Source: Alphaproteobacteria bacterium (GTDB taxonomy: Bacteria; Pseudomonadota; Alphaproteobacteria; SHVV01). From it: a stretch of DNA of 64,000 nucleotides. Positions 43,437 to 53,485 of this stretch are shown one piece after another. Each line of letters begins with the position of its first letter. Position 1 is the first letter of the stretch. The DNA is taken from contig OZ253470.1 of assembly GCA_965261735.1 (NCBI GenBank), forward strand, positions 3,200,001 through 3,264,000. The letters run 5' to 3'. A program made the position numbers and the translations under genes. The notes below the pieces were generated by a model that was not told where the DNA came from, did no database searches, and worked only from the letters and a program-made list of their open reading frames with translations.

Positions 43437-45437
43437 ATGTCTACACAGAAAAACTTGATCACGCTCTGCATCGCGACCGTGTTCACGCTCGGGCTCGCGG
43501 CGTGCGGCGGCGGCGGCGATGCACCGGTGACCAGCATGATGGACACCACCACCACCCTTCCGACGACGATCGCGGGCAAGACCGTTCCGTCCGGAACGAC
43601 AATCACATTGCCAGCAGGCACTGACGCTCCAACAGTCACATTCAGTGCCGTTATGGACGAAACGATTACTGTCGAAGATATTGGCACCTTTACGTGTGTC
43701 AGCGCTGATGGCTGCTCGGTTGCTGTGGCGGATGACGTAGTAACGACTACCGGCGATATTCTGGTGGTATCAGTAGAAGGCGGTGTTGCTGCCCTGATAG
43801 CTGCTGCGCTGCCTCCGGAGCCGGCTGAGCTGAATGAGCTTGAAACCGCTCAAGCAGATGCAGCGGCAGCAGCGACGGCCGCGATGACGGCAGCGGGCAA
43901 CGCGGAGACATCGGCCACGGCAGCCACGGAAGCGGTGGCGAATCTCGCGACCGTGCAGACCGGCGAAACGTCGCGCGGTCTGGCCACGAAGGCCGGCGAA
44001 CAGGCCGCCCTGGCGCATGCCGCGTATATGACCGCCAAGACGGCATCCGACGCTGCTGAGGCGGCGATGGATGTGACGGCCGCGGTGCGGGCGCAGGTCG
44101 ATGCCGAGAATGCCCTGGCGGACGCCACGGCCGCCGAAACCATGGCCGGCGAGTATGGCCAAATGGCGATGGATGCCGCTGGCAATGAGCTGATGATCGT
44201 CGACACGGCCAAGACCGTCGGCGGTACGTCTCTCGATGCCATGGCCGGGTCTAGCGTGGTGACCACTGACGGCAATACGGTGGAGACAGGTCTGTTGCCC
44301 AAGGGTGACCAGCCCATGGACACGGTCATCGCGAGTGAAGGGGTACCGGGTGCAGTAGGCACGGAGGAAGACCCAAGTCTGTTTAAGGCGACCACGGCAG
44401 GTGCGGCAGAACGTAAGTTCCCCATTGGCAAGTTGGTTGATTCAGCCGACGACATGGCTCGCCTGATGATCGTTACCCAATATGCTGGCTCCAAGACGGT
44501 GAAGGTGTATGCCACGGATGGCAACACGACGGTGATGACCATGAAAGCGGGTTATCTCACCATTGATGATGACGTAGTAAACAATGGGGCCGGAGAAAGT
44601 GGGGCCGACCTGAACAACGTGGCTCTCAAGTCCGAGGGTTCCTACTATCTTGCTGGAACGAACGGCACCATTGAACCTACTGACTCAGTCGCTGCCACCG
44701 CCAAAGCAGTGGAAGTGTTCTCCTACGTCGATCCCAACGAAACCGATAATGCGGCTGGGGATAAGACATACGTGGTGTGGACGAGCGCTTTGGATCAAGG
44801 TACGACCACCACCACCACCTATACGCAAGTCAACATCCATGTCACGCTCGACCGCGATGGCGATAGCGAGACTGCAGATGACGACGTGGAGGTGACGGCC
44901 AAGATCCCCGAGGCGACGGACTACAAGCACATCCACTTCGGTGTCTGGGCTGCTCTCGGGGCAGCTGAGATGGACGGTTCCCAGGAACTCTCCGATCTCG
45001 GTATTGGCTTCGTCCAGAGCATCGGTGACGGCCTGACCGGCGCCGATATGCCGAACAACGGCGGTGCCATGTACAGTGGAAACTGGGTTGGTGCCGTGCA
45101 GAGGGCGGACGAGGACGGCAACGGCGACATTTCGCTGGTAAACAACGCCGCGACGTTGGACGCGGACTTCGACAAGGCCACGATCACAGCGACCCTGACC
45201 GGCTTAGCCACGCTTGAAGGTGCCATTGACACGAACACCTTCTCCGGGACGAAGGCAACGGTTGGGGCAGGGGCAGGTAACATGTATAACCTTGACTCCA
45301 CTGGTGAGTTCATGGGCTCATTCAGTGGCGGGTTCTACGGATCCAAGGCTGCGGAAGCCGGTGGTGTCTTCGACTTCACGTCGGAAGACAACGAGGCCGG
45401 TGCTTTCCGCGGTGCCTTCGGCGCCGACAGGAACTAG
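43437..45437 (+). CDS. Surface lipoprotein 4, Ala-rich stalk plus TbpB-like barrel
   Basis: Lipobox LGLAA-C; HIHFGVW; YSGNWVG; LDADFDK; FSGGFYGSKAAEAGGVF..GAFGADRN. Confidence 0.9.
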   Translation: MSTQKNLITLCIATVFTLGLAACGGGGDAPVTSMMDTTTTLPTTIAGKTVPSGTTITLPAGTDAPTVTFSAVMDETITVEDIGTFTCVSADGCSVAVADDVVTTTGDILVVSVEGGVAALIAAALPPEPAELNELETAQADAAAAATAAMTAAGNAETSATAATEAVANLATVQTGETSRGLATKAGEQAALAHAAYMTAKTASDAAEAAMDVTAAVRAQVDAENALADATAAETMAGEYGQMAMDAAGNELMIVDTAKTVGGTSLDAMAGSSVVTTDGNTVETGLLPKGDQPMDTVIASEGVPGAVGTEEDPSLFKATTAGAAERKFPIGKLVDSADDMARLMIVTQYAGSKTVKVYATDGNTTVMTMKAGYLTIDDDVVNNGAGESGADLNNVALKSEGSYYLAGTNGTIEPTDSVAATAKAVEVFSYVDPNETDNAAGDKTYVVWTSALDQGTTTTTTYTQVNIHVTLDRDGDSETADDDVEVTAKIPEATDYKHIHFGVWAALGAAEMDGSQELSDLGIGFVQSIGDGLTGADMPNNGGAMYSGNWVGAVQRADEDGNGDISLVNNAATLDADFDKATITATLTGLATLEGAIDTNTFSGTKATVGAGAGNMYNLDSTGEFMGSFSGGFYGSKAAEAGGVFDFTSEDNEAGAFRGAFGADRN

Positions 45438-45467
45438 GTCTGCTTACCTGACCTGCTGATCACAGCA

Positions 45468-45508
45468 GGGCGCCCGATCCGTCGCCGGATCGGGCGCCTT
45501 TTTCTTTT
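45468..45508 (+). terminator. Intrinsic terminator after lipoprotein 4
   Basis: ggcgcccgatccg-tcgc-cggatcgggcgcc followed by tttttctttt. Confidence 0.85.
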
Positions 45509-45535
45509 CCCTTTACAGCTCAACCGGATCGAGTC

Positions 45536-45640
45536 ATGCGCAGGTACACCAGACCGTTCGGGGCCGTGCTGGTGGCGCTGGTTCTCGCATTTGCCGTCGC
45601 GGTCGAAGCGGCGGAGACGCAAGCGCCGCCGCGCCCGCCA
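45536..45640 (+). pseudogene. Signal-peptide-only remnant, probably the 5' end of a Slam gene
   Basis: MRRYTRPFGAVLVALVLAFAVAVEA-A at the Slam position after lipoprotein and terminator, then fused to a recombinase fragment. Confidence 0.5.
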
Positions 45641-46051
45641 ATCGCCGCGCAACCGCTCGAGGAACCCCTCAAGGAGACGCAGGTTGTCGTCGAGATCGCC
45701 GGGAGTTTCGATTCTCCCCGTCCGCTCGAGGAAGCGGATGAAGCGCATGAGCTCGGGTGAAGTACGACGCTTGCGCCACGGGTGCAGCCGGACAGACGCC
45801 GGGACTGCGTCACAACAGTCGCAATCGTGCTGCAGAAAGCGATCGATCGCTGTGCTCTCGACCGCTTCGAGCGGAATGCCACAGTGCGCAAGCCAGATCA
45901 GAAAGTGACGTGCAAGGCCGCGATAGTGACGGACGCGGCCTTCGGCAATCTCCCCACGGAGACGGAGATCGTCGATGAACGCAAGGATGATCGGGTCGAA
46001 GCCAACCAGTGCTGTGGTCGCCAGAAGCGGGCGTTTGGGTATCGAAGACAT
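45640..46051 (-). pseudogene. RitA-like recombinase N-terminal fragment
   Basis: GGAGG RBS; F...L..Y...ARHFLIWL...G.....IDRFLQHDCDC SAM-like domain. Confidence 0.6.
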
Positions 46052-46087
46052 TTGTCGTCCTCCAACTCTTGAAAAGGGAGAACGACA

Positions 46088-47192
46088 CTTGCCTATCCGG
46101 TTTACACCCACACCCACTAGGGCTTGAATGGGCGCAAACCGGATATAGGGGAGCGCGCCATGGATGTTCTCGACCGCGCCGATCTCCCATTCCCGCATTC
46201 GCTACCCGAGTTCCAGCGACTTTTCCCCGATGATGCGGCCTGCGCCGCCTACCTGGAGAAAGCCCGCTGGGGAGACGGCTTTGCCTGCCCGCACTGCGGC
46301 ACGGCGGGAGAGCCGTTCCACTTTGAAAACCGCCCTGGCGTCCTGCGCTGCCGCAAGTGCCGCCAGAACACCGGGCTGACGGTGGGAACAGTGATGGAGC
46401 GTAGCCACACTCCGCTGAACGTCTGGTTCTGGGCCGCTTATCTGGTCGCCAGTCAGACGCCCGGCATGTCCGCCGTGCAGTTTCAGCGGCAACTTGGTCT
46501 TTCGCGCTACGAGACGGCCTTTCAAATTCTCCACAAGCTCCGCTCGGGCATGGTGCGGCCCAACCAAGACAGGATCGGTGGACAGCCCAAGAACCATGTT
46601 GAGGTGGACGAAACCTGGGTTGGCGGGCGAACGCGTGGGGAAGGCCGTGGTGTTCACCACAAGGTTCCCGTCTCCTGTGCCATCGAGGTGCGTCATCGAA
46701 AGCCGGGCACCAAGCTCGACAACCGGAAAGACGGACGCTATGCCGGACGCGTTCGGCTCGCCGTCGTGCTCGACCGTAGCGCCGAGTCGCTCTGTGGGTT
46801 CGTCGAGAGCACCGTCGCGCCGCGATCGCTGATCGTTACTGACGATTGGAGCGGCTATGCTGGCCTCGGTAAGCGCGGCTATGAGCACTTCGCTGTTGCC
46901 GAGTGTGGTGATCCAGAGGTTGCCGAGCAATACCTGCCGATCATCCATCTGGTTTTCGCCAACCTGAAGACGTGGCTGATCGGTATCCACCACGGCGTTA
47001 GCCACCAGCACCTACAAGCCTACCTCAACGAGTTCACCTTCCGCTTCAACAGGCGGTTCTACCCGTTCAACGCCTTCCGCTCATTGCTCGGCATCGCGGG
47101 CGACACCTCTGCTCCAACCTATGCCGAGCTTTACTCGGGAGAGTGGCGGCACCCTACATGTAGCGGTCATGGGCGTTAACCGGATAGGCAAG
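46088..47192 (+). mobile_element. IS1595-family element (transposase about 46160-47179)
   Basis: IR cttgcctatccggtt; 8-bp TSD gaacgaca; Zn ribbon CPHC..CRKC; VEVDETWVGG; YLNEFTFRFNRR. Confidence 0.94.
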
Positions 47193-47307
47193 GAACGACA
47201 ATACCGGCGGCAAGTAACGGCCAGGATTAATGCCGAGTGAATCTGTCGAAAACCCGCGTGGATCCGCAGATTCCTGGAGGTCACTCGGCATTAAACACTT
47301 CTCGGCA

Positions 47308-47522
47308 TTACCGTAAAGGATGCCGGCCGACTTGGCCTTCGCGCATCTTGCGCGCTCGGCCTTGCGCCGCTTTTCGCCGCAGTGCCGGCACAAGGTGCGG
47401 TCGGGCGCGGGCCTCGCCTTCCCGCACCTCGGACAAAGCCCGCTGGTAATGCGGTCGGCGGTAATGCGTTCATAACGGCGCCGCCCGCATGCACGTTCTT
47501 TCTCGGGATCTTTGTAGGGCAT
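47308..47522 (-). pseudogene. Cys-rich (CxxC) small protein cut by a RIT end (partial copy at 20127-20276)
   Basis: MPYKDPEKER..GLCPRCGK..LCRHCGEK. Confidence 0.55.
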
Positions 47523-47635
47523 GTTCCTCCCTTCCGCGGTTGTGGTCCGGGCGAAGGACGACCGGCCGCACATCGCAGGGGATCGCCGGTCAGCGATACC
47601 TGGCGTTCACGAACAGGCCCGTCGTTCGATCACCC

Positions 47636-48751
47636 TTATGCTGTCTGGGGTCATTTGTTGCGGCGATGACCTATCCATCTGTTTTCCTTGGAGTTGAGTG
47701 GGTAATAGCCAACATAATTGTCTCCGCGGCGCGTGACGGACATCATCGTGGCTCCCACAACGAGGAGACACGTCGTGTTCGAAGAGCTGTTCACAAAACC
47801 AAGCACTATCGAGAGGTACCGGGCTGCGCCGCTGATCGAACCGCGAGAGCGATACCTTCGGCACCTCGCAGAGTCCGGCGCCAGACGACTTACGTTGCGA
47901 CAAATCGCGTAGGATCAGGTTCGCCTGCTTCATGTTCTGGACCTGCGCGAGGGCGGGAAGGTCGCCGTTGCCCGGATCGAGGCCACAGCCCCGGAATGGG
48001 ACCGCACGCGGCGGCACAAACTCGGCCGCAGGCCACGGACTTCACGGAAATCAACGAAGCGTGCGTTGAGCAGGGTCACTCGGTGGCTACGCGATCCTGC
48101 TGTTCCTCTACAAGACCGGAGCGCGTGTATCGGAAGCCACGCAACTGCGAGTGGGCGACCTGCAGATCGGGCGCCGCGATGGCGGCCACGCACTCGTCAC
48201 CCTGCACGGAAAGGGTGGAAAGGTACGCCAATGCCCATTGCGGCCGGAAATCGAACGCGTCCTAGTGGAGCTAGTCGACGGCCGTGCCGCAGATGAAGCT
48301 GTCTTCCTCGACAGGCGCCGACAACCGTTCACCCGGTTCGGCGTCTACTGGGTCGTCGAGCGCTGCGCGGCCCAAGTGCCGGCGTTGGCCGGGAGGAAAA
48401 TAACGCCCCATGTGCTGAGACATACGTCCGCCTCCCACTTGGTGTTCGCCGGCGTGGACATCAACACTGTGCGTGCGTGGCTCGGGCATTCCTCCATCGA
48501 TACCACCAACATCTATGCCGAAATCAACCTCAAGATGAAAGCCGAGGCGATGGCACTGTGCGATGTCGCGGAACCCGCCCCGGGGCGCCCCTGGAAGGAG
48601 GACAAAGACTTGATGGCGTTCCTGAACTCCTATTGAGCACACCAGATTATGTTGCGGCGATCCGAACTCCTTCTCCAGCAAACTCAAGGAACCGGCGGTA
48701 GCTCATCGAAGGATCCGTCAGCGCCGCAACATATGACCCCAGACAGCATAA
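47636..48751 (+). mobile_element. Internally deleted RIT element (mini-RIT)
   Basis: 30-bp IRs ttatgctgtctggggtcat(t/a)tgttgcggcg; RitA-like start (FEELF..AAPLIEPRERYLRHL) fused to a recombinase C-terminus. Confidence 0.75.
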
Positions 48752-49272
48752 GATCCCCAATACTGAATGCCGGAGCCGGCGATCTTCACGCCGGTGCAGA
48801 CGATGATCTCGTCCCGCTCGGGCCGCATCCGCTGCACGGCCCCGAGCGACATGACCTGGCGCGGTTGCTTGCCGGTCTTCGACTTGCCCTTGCCGGGCCA
48901 ACGGACGATCTCGCCGTCGAACGTCGACTTGTACCGCTCCACCACATAGCGGTTATCGTCGAGACCGCGCCTGAACATATGGATGAGAAAGGTGCGCGCG
49001 TTGGCGCCGGGCGCCGTGACTGTCTGCATGATGCCGCCTCCCCTGGGATCGGTAGTTGCGAGCGGCGGGGACGCTCTCCGGGCCATCCATCCGCCGCCCT
49101 GCTCCCGGCCAGCCTCGGCCTCTTCATGGCGCGCCGGCGTGAAAGTGGCTTGTGATGGGGACATGGCGCAACGCAGGCCAGCTGCCCTGGCGCCCAGGGT
49201 CGGCACGGGTTTGTAATATATTCGGAGATTCCGAGTATACTAGGGGCGCAAGGTGATTTTATATTTTGGGCC

Positions 49273-49776
49273 ATGTCAGAGTCAGCGCTCATATTCGACA
49301 CTCACGAGGACATCCAGGAACTGGTGAAGTCCGGCATGCCGGAACCCCAGGCTGAAACCGTGGTGCGTCAGCGTGTCCGGCTGCTGGAACGCAACCTCGC
49401 CACCAAGGCTGATATCGCAGCAACCAACGCCGATATCGAGACGCTGCGGCTGGAGACCAAGGCCGATATTGCAGCAACCAACGCCAATATCGAGACGCTG
49501 CGGTTGGAGACCAAGGCTGATATTGCAGCAACCAACGCCAATATCGAGACGCTGCGGCTGGAGACCAAGGCCGATATCGCGGCAACCAACGCCAATATCG
49601 AGACGCTGCGGCAGGAGACCAAGGCCGATATCGCGGCAACCAACGCCAATATCGAGACGCTGCGGCAGGAGACCGAAAAGCTGATAGCTCTCGGCAAGAA
49701 CGATATTATCAAGTGGGTTGTCGGCGCCAATCTCGGGGTCGCCGCCTTGATCGTGGCCGCAATCAAACTCCTCTAA
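49273..49776 (+). CDS. DUF1640-like coiled-coil protein, copy 3 (5 repeats)
   Basis: As copy 1 with a different repeat-type order. Confidence 0.82.
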   Translation: MSESALIFDTHEDIQELVKSGMPEPQAETVVRQRVRLLERNLATKADIAATNADIETLRLETKADIAATNANIETLRLETKADIAATNANIETLRLETKADIAATNANIETLRQETKADIAATNANIETLRQETEKLIALGKNDIIKWVVGANLGVAALIVAAIKLL

Positions 49777-50134
49777 TCGCCGGCCTGGATCACGCTCAGT
49801 CAGCATCCAGCGTGGCGCCCGCAGGCAGTATGTCCGCGCCGATGCTGGCGGCGACCCTGGCCGTGCCCGGAACCTTCTCCGGCGCAAAAGACGACCTGAT
49901 GAGGGTTCTTTGCGGGAAGTGACGCTCAGAATTAATGCCGCACGACGCCTATCGAGCAGCCAGCGTACCGCCATCCGTTCAGCCCCATTCAATTCGCCGG
50001 ATCGGGTTGAGGCACCCGCCGGATTGGTCCATTCTGTCGTCTGGGAGACATGAAGCCGCCACGCTTCCGCTCTCCGTCCTGTTGCGCGCCGGGGGCGATG
50101 GTTCCGAAAGGCGCGCGGCGTCGCGCGCGAGGAC

Positions 50135-52678
50135 ATGACCATGTCCAGATCGATGATCCTGCCGTGCATCGCGGGGCTTTTGGTGGCTGCGGCGCTGGCC
50201 CTGCCCGCTTCGGCCGCCCAACGGGTGACGCTGGTGATCGGGAACGCTGCGTACTCGCACGGGCCCCGACTGGCGAACCCGCTGAACGACTCCAACGACA
50301 TCAGTGCTGCGTTGGACCGCGGCCAGTACCGCGATGGCAGCAAGCACGGCCGGGGCAACGTCGTGTGGCCCGACGGCCGCCGCTATGAGGGAGAGTGGCG
50401 CCAAGCCAAGGAGCACGGCAAAGGCGCCGCCGCCGGAACCCGCTACGAGGGCGAAACCCGGGATGGCAAGCCGCACGGCCGCGGCACCTACGTATTCTCG
50501 GATGGCGGCCACTACGAAGGGCAGTGGCGGGCTGGCAAGCTGCACGGTCAGGGAATTCGGACGTGGCTCGACGGCGACCGCTACGAGGGCGAATTCCGGG
50601 ATGGCAAGCGGCACGGCCGTGGCACCTACGTATTCTCGGATGGCGGCCACTACGAAGGCGACTGGCAGGCCGGCAAGCGGCACGGTCGCGGGGGCTACAC
50701 GTGGCCCAGTGGCAACCGCTACGAGGGTGAATTCCGGGATGGCAAGCGGCACGGCCACGGCACCTACACATTCTCCGAGGGTGGCCGCTACGAAGGCGAG
50801 TGGCAGGCCGGCAGTTTTCATGGTCAGGGAATTCGGACGTGGCCCAATGGCAACCGCTACGAGGGCGAATTCCGGGACGGCGAGCGGCACGGCCACGGCA
50901 CCTACACATTCTCCGAGGGTGGCCGCTACGAAGGCGAGTTGCGGGCCGACAGTTTTCATGGTCAGGGAGTTCGCACGTGGCCCGACGGCAACCGCTACGA
51001 GGGTGAATTCCGGGACGGCAAGCGGCACGGCCACGGCACCTACACATTCTCCACCGGCGGCCGCTACGAAGGCGAGTGGCAGGCCGGCGGTTTTCATGGT
51101 CAGGGAATTCGGACGTGGCCCGACGGCAACCGCTACGAGGGCGAATTCCGGGACGGCGAGCGACACGGCCACGGCACCTACGCATTCTCCGCCGGCGGCC
51201 GCTACGAAGGCGAGTGGCGGGCCGGCAGTTTTCATGGTCAGGGAATTCGCACGTGGCCCGACGGCAACCGCTACGAGGGCGAATTCCGGGACGGCGAGCT
51301 GCACGGTCACGGCACCTACATATTCTCCGCCGCCGGCCGCTACGAAGGCGAGTTACGGGCTGGCGGTTTTCATGGTCAGGGAGTTCGGACGTGGCCCAGT
51401 GGCAACCGCTACGAGGGCGAATTCCGGGATGGCAAGCGGCACGGCCACGGCACCTACACATTCTCCGACGGTGGCCGCTACGAAGGCGAGTGGCAGGCCG
51501 GCGAGCGGCACGGTCACGGCACCTACGCATTCTCCGCCGGCGGTCACTACGAAGGCGAATGGCGGGCCGACAAAATCCACGGCCCTGGGGTCTATTTCAA
51601 CAAATCCGGTGAGAGGGTTGCGGGGCAGTGGCGGGCTGGCAAGCTGCACGGTCAGGGAATTCGGACGTGGCCCGACGGCGACCGCTACGAGGGCGAATTC
51701 CGGGATGGCAAGCGGCACGGCCGCGGCACCTACGTATTCTCGGATGGCGGCCACTACGAAGGCGACTGGCAGGCCGGCAAGCGGCACGGTCGCGGGGGCT
51801 ACACGTGGCCCAGTGGCAACCGCTACGAGGGTGAATTCCGGGATGGCAAGCGGCACGGCCACGGCACCTACACATTCTCCGAGGGTGGCCGCTACGAAGG
51901 CGAGTGGCAGGCCGGCAGTTTTCATGGTCAGGGAATTCGGACGTGGCCCAATGGCAACCGCTACGAGGGCGAATTCCGGGACGGCGAGCGGCACGGCCAC
52001 GGCACCTACACATTCTCCGAGGGTGGCCGCTACGAAGGCGAGTTGCGGGCCGACAGTTTTCATGGTCAGGGAGTTCGCACGTGGCCCGACGGCAACCGCT
52101 ACGAGGGTGAATTCCGGGACGGCAAGCGGCACGGCCACGGCACCTACACATTCTCCGCCGGCGGCCGCTACGAAGGCGAGTGGCAGGCCGGCAGTTTTCA
52201 TGGTCAGGGAATTCGCACGTGGCCCGACGGCAACCGCTACGAGGGCGAATTCCGGGACGGCGAGCGGCACGGCCACGGCACCTACGCATTCTCCGCCGGC
52301 GGCCGCTACGAAGGCGAGTGGCGGGCCGGCGGTTTTCATGGTCAGGGAATTCGGACGTGGCCCATTGGCAACCGCTACGAGGGCGAATTCCGGGATGGCA
52401 AGCGGTACGGCCACGGCACCTACACATTCTCCGACGGTGGCCGCTACGAAGGCGAGTGGCAGGCCGGCGAGCGGCACGGTCACGGCACCTACGCATTCTC
52501 CGCCGGCGGCCGCTACGAAGGCGAATGGCGGGCCGACAAAATCCACGGCCCTGGGGTCTATTTCAACAAATCCGGTGAGAGGGTTGCGGCGGGCAGGGCG
52601 ACCGACGGCTGCTTCGGGAAACAAGATGGTTATTGGTTTGCTTTGGGTAAGAGCGCGAAGGCCTGCGGGTTCGAATAG
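50135..52678 (+). CDS. Secreted MORN-repeat protein (about 30 or more repeats) with a truncated caspase/C14-like N-terminus
   Basis: Signal peptide ..LPASA-A; RVTLVIGNAAY..LANPLND; 23-aa units YEGEFRDGKRHGHGTYTFSDGGR. Confidence 0.9.
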   Translation: MTMSRSMILPCIAGLLVAAALALPASAAQRVTLVIGNAAYSHGPRLANPLNDSNDISAALDRGQYRDGSKHGRGNVVWPDGRRYEGEWRQAKEHGKGAAAGTRYEGETRDGKPHGRGTYVFSDGGHYEGQWRAGKLHGQGIRTWLDGDRYEGEFRDGKRHGRGTYVFSDGGHYEGDWQAGKRHGRGGYTWPSGNRYEGEFRDGKRHGHGTYTFSEGGRYEGEWQAGSFHGQGIRTWPNGNRYEGEFRDGERHGHGTYTFSEGGRYEGELRADSFHGQGVRTWPDGNRYEGEFRDGKRHGHGTYTFSTGGRYEGEWQAGGFHGQGIRTWPDGNRYEGEFRDGERHGHGTYAFSAGGRYEGEWRAGSFHGQGIRTWPDGNRYEGEFRDGELHGHGTYIFSAAGRYEGELRAGGFHGQGVRTWPSGNRYEGEFRDGKRHGHGTYTFSDGGRYEGEWQAGERHGHGTYAFSAGGHYEGEWRADKIHGPGVYFNKSGERVAGQWRAGKLHGQGIRTWPDGDRYEGEFRDGKRHGRGTYVFSDGGHYEGDWQAGKRHGRGGYTWPSGNRYEGEFRDGKRHGHGTYTFSEGGRYEGEWQAGSFHGQGIRTWPNGNRYEGEFRDGERHGHGTYTFSEGGRYEGELRADSFHGQGVRTWPDGNRYEGEFRDGKRHGHGTYTFSAGGRYEGEWQAGSFHGQGIRTWPDGNRYEGEFRDGERHGHGTYAFSAGGRYEGEWRAGGFHGQGIRTWPIGNRYEGEFRDGKRYGHGTYTFSDGGRYEGEWQAGERHGHGTYAFSAGGRYEGEWRADKIHGPGVYFNKSGERVAAGRATDGCFGKQDGYWFALGKSAKACGFE

Positions 52679-53485
52679 GTTTGCGACCAACCTGAACGGG
52701 GCAAGCCTCCGTGAGCGCAAAGGTGGCCAGCCCTCCGTCGAGCTGGTTTTCCTTGGGTGTCAATCGGCTTTGAAGTTTGATCCCCGATTGGAGTGGGCCC
52801 CTGGGGTTGGACAGGCGGCCTGAAATGACTTGACCGGCGCACTGGGCATTCGAAGGATCGACGCCCATGGCCAAGATGCCGTAATGGGGCTCGGCGCTCA
52901 CCGGCTACGTTTGAGCTATTGTCGATAGCGGAGATTCGGGTGTCGTTGCCCTTGCACGCGTAGCGTGTTCATGGGGTCTTGCCGAAAGGCGCGGCCCATA
53001 TCCTGGACAGGAAAGGGTATAATGGAATGGACGCCTCCCACCCCTGATGTTGGCCGACGGGAGGGTTGAGTTGGACCCTCGCGATCGCCGAGAGCCTCTA
53101 CTACATCTATGGACGGCTCTCCCGTTGCAAGGGATGTTGATCTGAGCGACGTGGGTCAGTTGCAAACATCTATCCGGCATCACCCGTGACGGGGTGCCTA
53201 AATGGGGAATCCAAATACCTGACCGCGGAAGATGCCGCGATCCTCGTGCAGGCTCGACTTCTACGCCGGCGGCGGCTATCCGCGGCGCCACGACTGGCCG
53301 GAGGGCGAAGAGCTGATCGGCCTGGTCCGCGGTCAGGGCCTGGGCGTCGCGGTCCTTCGTCGCGCCGTGCAGCATACTGTCCGGGCCGCGCTTCAGAGCC
53401 CGAGGTCGCGGCGGCCTCTCCCCGGGTCACGGAAATATATAAGGCAATACTTGACAAACCCACCACGCGCCTTCACCTTGCGGTC

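Noticed and set aside
14284-45437. Classical integron
   Set aside because: The integrases are arm-binding phage/GI type without an evident IntI insertion, and no attC sites were recognised
50304-52823. 839-aa Ala/Thr-rich alternative-frame ORF and long antisense ORFs
   Set aside because: Shadow frames of the 69-bp MORN repeat; also no reverse transcriptase or adenine-specific variation to suggest a DGR
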